DNA of 64,000 nucleotides from Candidatus Binatia bacterium (GTDB lineage: Bacteria > Desulfobacterota > Binatia > Bin18), in the NCBI GenBank assembly GCA_963667495.1, contig OY763426.1, positions 2,667,460 to 2,731,459 of the forward strand, written 5' to 3'. Below the pieces are notes generated by a model. That model saw only the letters and a list, made by a program, of their open reading frames with translations, was not told where the DNA came from and ran no database searches. Both the position numbers and the translations under genes were made by a program. This document shows, piece by piece, positions 29,604 through 37,938 of the stretch; positions within the stretch are counted from its first letter, which is position 1; each line of letters begins with the position of its first letter.

Positions 29604-30536
29604 ATGCAACAAGGGCTCGCATTAGCTTCTGGTGGAGCACGGGGCGCATATCAGGCTGGGGCTTTACTACTTCTGGCCGAGCGTGGGGTCCGGTTCGATT
29701 CTCTCGCCGGAACGAGTATTGGCGCCCTCAACGGCGCGTTTTACGTCCAGGGTGATGGCTCGGCAGGACACCTCGAAAAATTGTGTCATCTGTGGCGTGC
29801 TGTGCCGAATGCCGGAATAATCCAGATCAGCGGCACCGCGATAGCGCGCTCCGAAGCAATGCTGGCTGCACGGGGAATCCCTTGGCCGGTTAGACTGGGG
29901 CTGAACCGATTGGTGGGTGGATCAATCTCGATTCTGAACCCGGAGCCGGTAGCTGCCATGCTGGACGAGTGGGTTGATTACGCTACGGTGTGTTCCTCGC
30001 CACGGGAGTTTATGATCGCCCTGCTTCGGGATGACATTTTCTCCGGAGGTATCGTGACGGCACCATGGCGAGAGGCTATGTATTTCAGTGCAGCCGAGCT
30101 TGGCCAGAAGGAATTGCGAGCAGCGTTATTGGCGGCCGCCGCCATTCCGTTGGCATTTCCTTCGCAGAAGGTGGGTGGAAAACGGTACGGCGATGCAGGA
30201 CTCTCAGACCCCCTCCCCGCATTGGAGTTGCATAGGCGGGGTGCCAAGCGGATTGTCTCTATCTTCCTCGCGGATAGTACGCCACAGAATAGGGCTGATT
30301 TCGCTGGCACGACCGTATTGCAGATCAGGCCGTCGGAAGTGATTGACACCGGACTACTTTCGACGTTTGACTTCAGTCACAAAACCATCGACCGGCTTAT
30401 TGACCTTGGGTATCGAGATGCCAAAGAAACATTTGGTGAAGCGCAGGAACTCTGGGAGCGTATGGTCGTGCTCAGAGCGCAAGGTGAGGCAAACATCGCC
30501 TTAGCCAATACTCTGCCAGATCGCACTCGACGATAG
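29604..30536 (+). CDS. Patatin-like phospholipase
   Basis: LALASGGARG oxyanion loop, GTSIG nucleophile elbow, AIPLAFP, YGDAG (DGG variant). Confidence 0.88.
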   Translation: MQQGLALASGGARGAYQAGALLLLAERGVRFDSLAGTSIGALNGAFYVQGDGSAGHLEKLCHLWRAVPNAGIIQISGTAIARSEAMLAARGIPWPVRLGLNRLVGGSISILNPEPVAAMLDEWVDYATVCSSPREFMIALLRDDIFSGGIVTAPWREAMYFSAAELGQKELRAALLAAAAIPLAFPSQKVGGKRYGDAGLSDPLPALELHRRGAKRIVSIFLADSTPQNRADFAGTTVLQIRPSEVIDTGLLSTFDFSHKTIDRLIDLGYRDAKETFGEAQELWERMVVLRAQGEANIALANTLPDRTRR

Positions 30537-30542
30537 GGTAGT

Positions 30543-30593
30543 ACTCTCAGTTACGCAGAGCGGCACGATTGCCGACGTATCCCCGAATATCAC
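30543..30593 (-). pseudogene. Truncated VapC/PIN toxin 5' remnant (MIFGDTSAIVPLCVTES)
   Basis: GTGA overlap with the antitoxin stop; N-terminus matches the PIN xxxxD[ST]SAIVPL pattern; the frame then runs into the antisense patatin end and stops at 30501. Confidence 0.6.
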
Positions 30594-30877
30594 CGGCCTT
30601 CTTCCCGCTCACGCACGACCGTCGAACGGACGGCTGCCTGGGGGTCGGAAGGGCGCAGGAGATCCCAAAAGTCTTCCGGTAAGGGTTTTTCCCCACGCCT
30701 CACAAGACCGGCTTTCTCCATGTCTTGCAGGTGCTCGGGGAGAGATACTTGACTGGGGGGAAGCAAACGTGCGACAGGGCGACCGTACTCGGTGATGATC
30801 ACTTCTTCGCCAGCTTTGACCTGACGCAAATACGCACTGAGCGACGTTTTGAGCTTGGATAGGGTTGTGGTCTGCAT
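30590..30877 (-). CDS. Phd/YefM-family type II antitoxin
   Basis: LKTSLSAYLRQVKAGEEVIITEYGRPVARLLP. Confidence 0.85.
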   Translation of the reverse strand: MQTTTLSKLKTSLSAYLRQVKAGEEVIITEYGRPVARLLPPSQVSLPEHLQDMEKAGLVRRGEKPLPEDFWDLLRPSDPQAAVRSTVVREREEGR

Positions 30878-31113
30878 TGTGATCTCTATTGGAAGTGTAT
30901 TTCGGTCAGAATAAACTGATTCTTTTATCGTGCCAAGGGTGAGGCGCGGCAGAGGTTGGAAGCCCAACTGAGTAGAGATTCCCAGCCTCCCTAGACAGTC
31001 GCCGTCTACGTCAGATACGTAACCGGACGGAACAAGAAACACGACACTTTGGCACGATCCTGTTGCTTTCCTGCAACGAGAACGGGCATCGAGCAGCACA
31101 CAAAGGAGGCTTT

Positions 31114-32022
31114 ATGACGCAGAAACCGGCCATCGCTTTAGTCGCCGTTGCCGGGCGAAGAAAACAAACCCTGGACGTGGCAACCCAAATTGAAAAGGAA
31201 GGCTTCAGCGGTATTTACTGTCAGAGTGTCGGCGACTGTATTGGCTTGTGCGAGGCCCTGGCCTTTGCCACCAACGAGATTCCGTTCGGGACCAGCATTG
31301 CCAATATGTATACCCGCCATCCGTATGATTTTGCCCAAACTGCGGCTCTTATTCACGAGGTCTCGGGCGGACGCTTCCGTTTTGGCGTGGGTGTGAGTCA
31401 TGGTCCGATGCTGAACCGCCTGAAGGTAAAGGCCGGCAAGCCACTGGCCGATATGCGTCAATTTGTTTCCGACCTGCATGCCAGCGTTGGCCGAAAGGAT
31501 GCGCTGCCGCCTGTCATCCTGGCCACCTTACGCAAGGCGATGGTTAAGTTGTCGGCTGAGATTTCTCAGGGTGCGGTCTGGGCCAATGCTGCCCGGTCGC
31601 ATATGGCCACGTCTCTGAGCTTCCTGCCCCAGGAAAAAATGCAGGATGACGGGTTTTTTGTCGGTAATATGATCCCGACCATTATTTCGGACGATAAAGA
31701 GGCGGCCGCGAAGGTCCATCGCCGGACCCTCAGCACCTATGTCCGCTTGCCCAACTATCAGCAGTATTGGATCGAAGCCGGCTATGAAGAGGAAATGCAG
31801 GCCATCCAGCAGGCCATCGTCAATAAGGAAGACGAGAAGATTCCGTCCCTCATGTCTGACCGCTGGCTGAGCCAGGTCACCCTGTACGGCAGTGTGTCCG
31901 AGGTCAGAGCCGGCGTCGAAGCCTGGTATGATACCGGTCTCAAGACGCCTATTCTGGTGCCCTCGTCGGCCAATGGCAACCAAATGGTCGCCTTGCAGGA
32001 GGTGATGGCGGCGTTTCGGTAG
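31114..32022 (+). CDS. LLM-class flavin/F420-dependent oxidoreductase
   Basis: FGTSIANMYTRHP, GRFRFGVGVSH; AAGGAGG RBS. Confidence 0.8.
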   Translation: MTQKPAIALVAVAGRRKQTLDVATQIEKEGFSGIYCQSVGDCIGLCEALAFATNEIPFGTSIANMYTRHPYDFAQTAALIHEVSGGRFRFGVGVSHGPMLNRLKVKAGKPLADMRQFVSDLHASVGRKDALPPVILATLRKAMVKLSAEISQGAVWANAARSHMATSLSFLPQEKMQDDGFFVGNMIPTIISDDKEAAAKVHRRTLSTYVRLPNYQQYWIEAGYEEEMQAIQQAIVNKEDEKIPSLMSDRWLSQVTLYGSVSEVRAGVEAWYDTGLKTPILVPSSANGNQMVALQEVMAAFR

Positions 32023-32126
32023 GGGGTGGAGTAAATACACTAAGCGGTAATAGAGAGGACTGAGATATCAGCCGGCTGCCGTTGTACTGAACAACCTATG
32101 CCCTCGTGGTGGGAGTTCGCTTTAGA

Positions 32127-34007
32127 TTAATCTCCCGGCTTCTTGAACTTGAAGCCCATTTCTTTCAAAAACCGGGAAGGCTCTTTCCGATAGCCATTAT
32201 AGCTGCGAGCGCAACTGATATTGAGTGTCTCCTCAGTTCGGGTAATTGCGACAAAACAGTTTCTCCGTTCTTCCTCTATCTCCCGGCTTTTTGGACCCTT
32301 CTTCACTGCTTGATAGGATGGAAATACCCCATCAGCCATCCCAATCAAGAAAACGTGTTTGAATTCCAGTCCCTTTGAACCGTGCACGGTCAGGCATCGG
32401 ACAGAACCAGGTGACTGTGCAGGTGCCTTTGACTTAAGGTCCATCTCTTGAAGGTAAAGATGAAGTGTTATGTTCGCTGGGGTGTACTCCCGAAGAATAT
32501 CAGTGTGCAATTCCTGCCAAGTTTGTATTTCTTCTTCCTCGGTCTCGTCGTCCACCCAACTCTTCGTCCAGAACCATTTGAGCAATTCGAGAAAGGCTAG
32601 GCGCTCTACAAGCGCCTCAGAAACGTGACTTAGTAGATCTGTGTGACTGTTCGAGAGCACTTCAGAATTTGCAGTCTCTACCCACGCCCGCAGAAAATCA
32701 CCGCCGTCAAGGACTGCTCTCGCTTCGATTTCTTCAGTCTCGATAAGTAACCCAGTAAGCGCCTTCCAGGCCACACATACGCTTCGAAGAAATCCCCGAT
32801 CGTGCCGTCCGTTTGCAAGTCGCAACATTGCATACATCCAGCGAACTGCTGCACTCCCGAATTCTGTCTTTCGCTTGGCAACATAGGGCTCAATTTGCTG
32901 GCTCGCCAAAGCCCGTGCAGCTCGTTCCAAAAGTTTTGTTGAGCGGGCAATTACAACGCATTCTTCGTGGTTCCAACCGCATTTCCTTATAACCTCAGGT
33001 ATATTTTTTGCCTCTTCGTCTTCATTACCAAACATCTTCGCCGTCAATGTAGGAGACTCCGATGCGGACTTTTGGGCCACTAGGAGCTCTTTTCCGCTGG
33101 AACGAGTTTGATTGTGGACGATTAGATTATTTGCCAGCTGAATGATGACCGGTGGACAACGGAAGTTCTCTGGAAGTTGGATTACCTCCATTCCAAAGCT
33201 GGAACGAAGAGTTTGTAACCGCTCGGGACTTGCGCCGTTCCATTGATAAATAATTTGGTCGTCGTCTGCGACAACAAAAAGGTTCGGCTTTGCACCTGCG
33301 GCTAGAAGTGCAAGAAGGTCATATTGAGCCCGATTGGTGTCTTGAAATTCATCAACACAGATATACTGCCATGCAAGCTTGGTGAGCCGTGCGACCCCAG
33401 CATTCGTGGACAGCAACATCCGAGCGAAGTGTAAAAGTCCACCAAAATCCAGCCGGTTACTCTCCTGTAATGCCTCACAGTACGCGTTAAAAAGGGAGGG
33501 AATCCAAGAATATGAGTTCTTTACTCCGGGTGCCCCTGGTTTGCCGTTGTATGATTCTGCGAACAAGCGATCCAAGAGGACCAAAAGATTTTTCCGATCT
33601 TCTGGAATGGTCGAGGTATCACACTTGAGCGACCCAACGGCCTGCTCAAGAACTGCGAGACGGTCTCCGTCATTGGTGAGTAGTGAAAAATCCGGTTGTA
33701 TCCCTACATGGTTACCATGCTGACGTAAGATATCTCCAGCGAATGAATGAAAAGTGCAGAGACGCGCCCTGTCTGCCCGCCCTCCTATAAGCGCGTCAAG
33801 ACGTTGACGCATCTCGTCCGCCGCTTTTGTTGTGAAGGTAAGCGCGAGCACGCTTGCGTCTGGGGCAGTATGGAGAATACGCTCAGTACGTAAAGTCAGA
33901 ACGAGCGTCTTACCTGAACCTGGCCCGGCCAGGACCAGGAGCGGGCCTTTGTCCCATCTAACGGCTCGCTCCTGGTTTTCATTCAGAGGGTATTGCAATG
34001 AATTCAT
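32127..34007 (-). CDS. UvrD-like SF1A helicase (GajB-like)
   Basis: AGPGSGKT, VDEFQD, ENFRC, TVHGSKGLEF, EERRNCFVAITR; ATGA overlap with the OLD nuclease. Confidence 0.85.
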   Translation of the reverse strand: MNSLQYPLNENQERAVRWDKGPLLVLAGPGSGKTLVLTLRTERILHTAPDASVLALTFTTKAADEMRQRLDALIGGRADRARLCTFHSFAGDILRQHGNHVGIQPDFSLLTNDGDRLAVLEQAVGSLKCDTSTIPEDRKNLLVLLDRLFAESYNGKPGAPGVKNSYSWIPSLFNAYCEALQESNRLDFGGLLHFARMLLSTNAGVARLTKLAWQYICVDEFQDTNRAQYDLLALLAAGAKPNLFVVADDDQIIYQWNGASPERLQTLRSSFGMEVIQLPENFRCPPVIIQLANNLIVHNQTRSSGKELLVAQKSASESPTLTAKMFGNEDEEAKNIPEVIRKCGWNHEECVVIARSTKLLERAARALASQQIEPYVAKRKTEFGSAAVRWMYAMLRLANGRHDRGFLRSVCVAWKALTGLLIETEEIEARAVLDGGDFLRAWVETANSEVLSNSHTDLLSHVSEALVERLAFLELLKWFWTKSWVDDETEEEEIQTWQELHTDILREYTPANITLHLYLQEMDLKSKAPAQSPGSVRCLTVHGSKGLEFKHVFLIGMADGVFPSYQAVKKGPKSREIEEERRNCFVAITRTEETLNISCARSYNGYRKEPSRFLKEMGFKFKKPGD

Positions 34008-35704
34008 GCGGTTTTCACCAGTTGTAGTGCGGCATCAATGACATCTCGAAAAAGCTGAGGGACAAGACTTGGTTCGCTTTGCATTTCTGTCAAGACATCC
34101 TGTGCCGCACGTGTCTTTTGCTTCCTAGGGAACTTCTGTGCAATTTGTAACGGATATTCTGGATCACTTGGCTGTACTGTGACCTGTCGAAGCAATTGTT
34201 CACTTAGGAGGTTTTTATACACATCTTGAAAGCCATTACAGCATAGGTATTCTTCGATATTGGCCTCATTCATCATGAAGAGCACCTCACTTTCAGTTCG
34301 CCCGTTCAATTGTCTACGTACGGTCCTGGCATTGCTTCCGCCTTGCTGATCATTATCGGTTAGAACCACCCAGTGGATACCCATTCCGTTAGCGACTTTA
34401 AGACCTGTTTCCAGCGATATACCCGACTGATATGTCACAACCCGAATCCCTGCCTGTTCGAGGTTCTTTCCTAATATTCGTGCTACTTCGGGAATCAATG
34501 TACCCTCTGTTTCACCTTCTCCCAGAATCCAACATCTGGAGAAAAGTAACTCACCCCGATCCCGTCGGATATGAGAGTTAAATTTTCGCATGTCATCTGG
34601 ACCAAGGGCAATATCTCCAAGCCGGGACGCCTTAATGTTTTGCTTTTCTTTATGAATCCGGACAATGGACTCCGACGGAACTTCGGAAAGCAAATCCCCG
34701 CTATGAGTTGAAATAATCTTTTGTCCAGGGATCTTCTCAATTAGCTGCCATAGCGCTCTCACCGCGCTGGGATGTAGATGTGCCTCGGGCTCTTCCAGCG
34801 CGACAATTGGATGACCTTCATTCCACGCTTGCAAATAAGCGTTGAAAAGGGTGAGAACGGCGAGGCTCTGCGTCCCTTCGCCGTGTCGCCCGACCGGGAT
34901 TTTTGCTCCCGTTGTCGCGTTCAGATTTACAGCCGCCTTTGAGAGCATGTCGAAAATCCGACCGGGAACCGCCTCTACCGAGACGATATCCTCTTCGCCA
35001 TTGGTCACTGAGACTATATTCTGAATGTCCTTTAGCTGAGAGATTACTTGCGAGAAGCTTGTATGCGACGAGACTATCAGATCGTTTACTTCAGAGAGTT
35101 TGGATTCGATCTCCTGACGTTTCTCAGGCGTCAGTTGAGATTCCTTCAAAAAGGGTCTCCAAAATGTTCCACGGGAGTCAAACTGTTTTGTCGCGTCCCG
35201 TAGAGCGGAAAGATAGTAATACGAAACTTCGTTGCGGAACATGCCAAGTACTGCCTCGGAGAGTCCTGTCAGTGTGGCACCCGCAGCGTTTTGGAATTCC
35301 CAATCTTGGACAAAATCTTGTGTGTCTTTGTCGAACCTTGCGCTAACCCTCAAGATCACAAGGTAACGCCCGTCCGCTCCAACTTGGAGAATTCCTATAC
35401 GATTTAAGCTGGCAACTTGTTGTTCGTCCCATTGCCCAGGTTCATCCTCTTGAAAAGTCAGCTTGATGCTAATCGGCGGAGCATCCGAAGGTTCGGTGCT
35501 CGCCGTGGGCAGGTGGAAGTCGTACTCTTCAAACGAGCATCCTCGTCTTGTTCTTACGTCACGGAGAGCGAACCGAAGTGCGTCTAACACTGCTGTTTTG
35601 CCTGTATTGTTCTCGCCTATGAGGACAGTGGTACCTTTCAGTTCCAAATCCAGGCTGGTGATACCTCGGAAGTTTTCGATCTCCAAACGTTTTAGTTTCA
35701 TCAT
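34004..35704 (-). CDS. OLD-family ATP-dependent endonuclease, ABC ATPase + TOPRIM (GajA-like)
   Basis: IENFRGI, GENNTGKT, LEEPEAHLHP, STHS, TOPRIM ILGEGETE and TDND. Confidence 0.88.
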   Translation of the reverse strand: MMKLKRLEIENFRGITSLDLELKGTTVLIGENNTGKTAVLDALRFALRDVRTRRGCSFEEYDFHLPTASTEPSDAPPISIKLTFQEDEPGQWDEQQVASLNRIGILQVGADGRYLVILRVSARFDKDTQDFVQDWEFQNAAGATLTGLSEAVLGMFRNEVSYYYLSALRDATKQFDSRGTFWRPFLKESQLTPEKRQEIESKLSEVNDLIVSSHTSFSQVISQLKDIQNIVSVTNGEEDIVSVEAVPGRIFDMLSKAAVNLNATTGAKIPVGRHGEGTQSLAVLTLFNAYLQAWNEGHPIVALEEPEAHLHPSAVRALWQLIEKIPGQKIISTHSGDLLSEVPSESIVRIHKEKQNIKASRLGDIALGPDDMRKFNSHIRRDRGELLFSRCWILGEGETEGTLIPEVARILGKNLEQAGIRVVTYQSGISLETGLKVANGMGIHWVVLTDNDQQGGSNARTVRRQLNGRTESEVLFMMNEANIEEYLCCNGFQDVYKNLLSEQLLRQVTVQPSDPEYPLQIAQKFPRKQKTRAAQDVLTEMQSEPSLVPQLFRDVIDAALQLVKTA

Positions 35705-35724
35705 ACTATGAGAGCTATCCTTTT

Positions 35725-36597
35725 CTACGGTGTGAGGAATGCAACAATCCGTGGGTTGACTTTCTCCGGCTTTTCCAGATGCAGGAAATGTCCAAGCCCC
35801 GGATAGATTTCTTTTTCCAGGCCCTTGGTGAACAAATGGTCCATGGCGTTGAACGCTGTAAGACGACCTGGCCGATCTCGTGTGCCATGCAGGGCAAGCG
35901 TCGGAACCGTGGTGGGGGCGGCCATCTTTTCCCGGAGGGGCTGTAAGGCCGGATCTCGATTATCGGGATGAAACGTATGCCGGTAGTAGTTGAGCGCGGC
36001 GGTCACCACCCCCGGCTGCCGAAAGGTTTCTTTCACACTGGCCATGATCTCCGCCGGAATGTCGTACTCGGGTGAGGCGTCCTGCCACCAGCGCTCGATA
36101 AAGGCAAAATCATGGGCTGAGACCGCCTGTTCGGCGAACGGCATCTGAAAAAAGTAGGCGTGCCAGCCGCCTTTGATCATGTCGTAGTCTGAGGCTAATG
36201 CGCCCAGCATGGCCCCCGGATGCGCGACCGCAAGGGCGACAATTTTCTGTATCTGCTCCGGCGCGAGGGCGGCCGCTCCGAAGGTCGCAAACGCGCCCCA
36301 GTCATGTCCAACGATACGCGCCTGCTCGGCTCCCAAAGCCGGAATCAACGCGACGGCATCCTGCGCGAGTAGGACAGATTCATAGCGTCCGTCCGCTGGG
36401 GCAGACGTTGGGGCATAGCCGCGCATGAATGGTGCGACCGCATGAAAACCCGCCTCAGCCAAGGTCGGTAAGAGGGTACGATAGGTATAGGCATTATCCG
36501 GAAAGCCGTGCAAACACAGGACGAGCGGCCCGTGGCCGGCTTCGAGGCAGTGAAAGTGTATGCCGTTTGCCGTGACTGTGCGTGTGTGAAACTCCAT
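35725..36597 (-). CDS. Alpha/beta hydrolase, epoxide hydrolase-like
   Basis: LHGFPD, MRGY, GHDWGA (Asp nucleophile), GHFLHLEKP. Confidence 0.85.
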   Translation of the reverse strand: MEFHTRTVTANGIHFHCLEAGHGPLVLCLHGFPDNAYTYRTLLPTLAEAGFHAVAPFMRGYAPTSAPADGRYESVLLAQDAVALIPALGAEQARIVGHDWGAFATFGAAALAPEQIQKIVALAVAHPGAMLGALASDYDMIKGGWHAYFFQMPFAEQAVSAHDFAFIERWWQDASPEYDIPAEIMASVKETFRQPGVVTAALNYYRHTFHPDNRDPALQPLREKMAAPTTVPTLALHGTRDRPGRLTAFNAMDHLFTKGLEKEIYPGLGHFLHLEKPEKVNPRIVAFLTP

Positions 36598-36654
36598 ATT
36601 TTTCTCTCCGTTCTACGATCCTGGACGCCTGCTTGAGGTCAAAGAGACGCACCA

Positions 36655-37824
36655 CTACGCGCCCTCTGCACTAAGCGGCTGCTGTGTCTGTGCGGTCTTT
36701 TTCCAGCGCTCTCGAACAATCCTGAATGCCGCCTCAAACGGCGTACAGCGCGAGCGTTTGCTCCGGGAGAGCACCAGCCTGGTATTCTTCCGAATCCGCT
36801 CGCTGACAAAGGCAAAGGATTCCTTGGTCCCGAGACCCTGGATATCGGCCAGTGCGGCCAGGACTCCGCCGCCGTTTGAGACAAAATCAGGCACGACGCC
36901 AATCCCGCGCCGGGACAGGCGATTCGCAATCGAAGGCCGAAATGGAATGTTTGCCGCGGGAACAACCAGTTTGGCCTGAATCCGGTCAACATTCTTAATA
37001 TGAATGACATCCGGGCGGGCGCCGGGAATGAGAATATCAACCGGCAGCGTGAAGAGCGCGCGGAGGGAGAGCAGTCTCCCTCCGCGATAGTGACGAACTG
37101 TCTCATCTCCATACTCTTGACGTAGCTCCAAAAGCCGCTCGACATCCAGACCTTTCGGGTCGTAACGAGTACCAGTCAAGGTTGAGACGGCCACGACACG
37201 AGCCCCCGTGCGGACAATGAAACGGGCCGCCCCGCCTCCAACCTTGCCGAAACCCTCGATGGCAACCGTCGCGTTGCGTATGGGTAGTTGAAAAGCCCTG
37301 GCCGCCACCAGGGCCGACTCAACCACGCCAAAGCCCGTTAATTGGTCTTCAAGCGGCAGTCCCTCAAAGTGTTTGGTCCGCAATCCACTATAGCGACGCT
37401 TGCCCGCTGCATTCCGCAACGGCAGAAAGTCATCGTCCGATGTCCCCATGTCCGCGCCGGGATAATAGCTGCGCCTTTCGTACAGGGGCTGAAGGACCTG
37501 CAGAAACGCGTCCATTACCGCCTGGCGGTCCTGGGTTGCCGGGTCGTACCAGATGCCGGCTTTTGCGCCGCCGGTCGGTACTTCGAGCATCAGATATTTA
37601 TACGTCATGGCCCGAGCCAGGCGGACCATCTCTTCGACTGACAGGTCGGGCAACATCCGCACGCCACCCGCACTCATGCCAAAGGCGGTCGTGTCAATGA
37701 CAATCGCCGCTCGCATCTGACTGGCCGGATCATAAAAGGAGAGAATCCGTTCCGGGCCCGTCGCGTCCTGATACTGGGAGAAGGGAAAAGATGGGTGTGC
37801 GTGCATAATGGCCCGGGGTTTCAT
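36655..37824 (-). CDS. Glu/Leu/Phe/Val dehydrogenase family protein (non-Glu-type motif)
   Basis: AGGVRM, MTYK, GGAKAG, GADMGT, TGFGV, GFGKVG, PDFVSNGGG. Confidence 0.8.
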   Translation of the reverse strand: MKPRAIMHAHPSFPFSQYQDATGPERILSFYDPASQMRAAIVIDTTAFGMSAGGVRMLPDLSVEEMVRLARAMTYKYLMLEVPTGGAKAGIWYDPATQDRQAVMDAFLQVLQPLYERRSYYPGADMGTSDDDFLPLRNAAGKRRYSGLRTKHFEGLPLEDQLTGFGVVESALVAARAFQLPIRNATVAIEGFGKVGGGAARFIVRTGARVVAVSTLTGTRYDPKGLDVERLLELRQEYGDETVRHYRGGRLLSLRALFTLPVDILIPGARPDVIHIKNVDRIQAKLVVPAANIPFRPSIANRLSRRGIGVVPDFVSNGGGVLAALADIQGLGTKESFAFVSERIRKNTRLVLSRSKRSRCTPFEAAFRIVRERWKKTAQTQQPLSAEGA

Positions 37825-37892
37825 GCCTCCCAGTAGAGATCAATGGGGCGAATAAAAGTGATGCTAGGGTGCCCGAAACCGCTTTCCTGTTC

Positions 37893-37901
37893 TGATATAA
37901 T
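37893..37901 (+). promoter_or_regulatory. Extended -10 promoter (TGaTATAAT) for gdhA
   Basis: Perfect TGnTATAAT about 38 nt upstream of the ATG at 37939. Confidence 0.5.
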
Positions 37902-37938
37902 ATAACGAGCTAACGCACAGATGGGAGAGGGGAGTCAC

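Noticed and set aside
26470-35724. Integron cassettes or IS ends around the defence genes
   Set aside because: No attC (RYYYAAC...GTTRRRY) pairs, terminal inverted repeats or target duplications recognised by eye.
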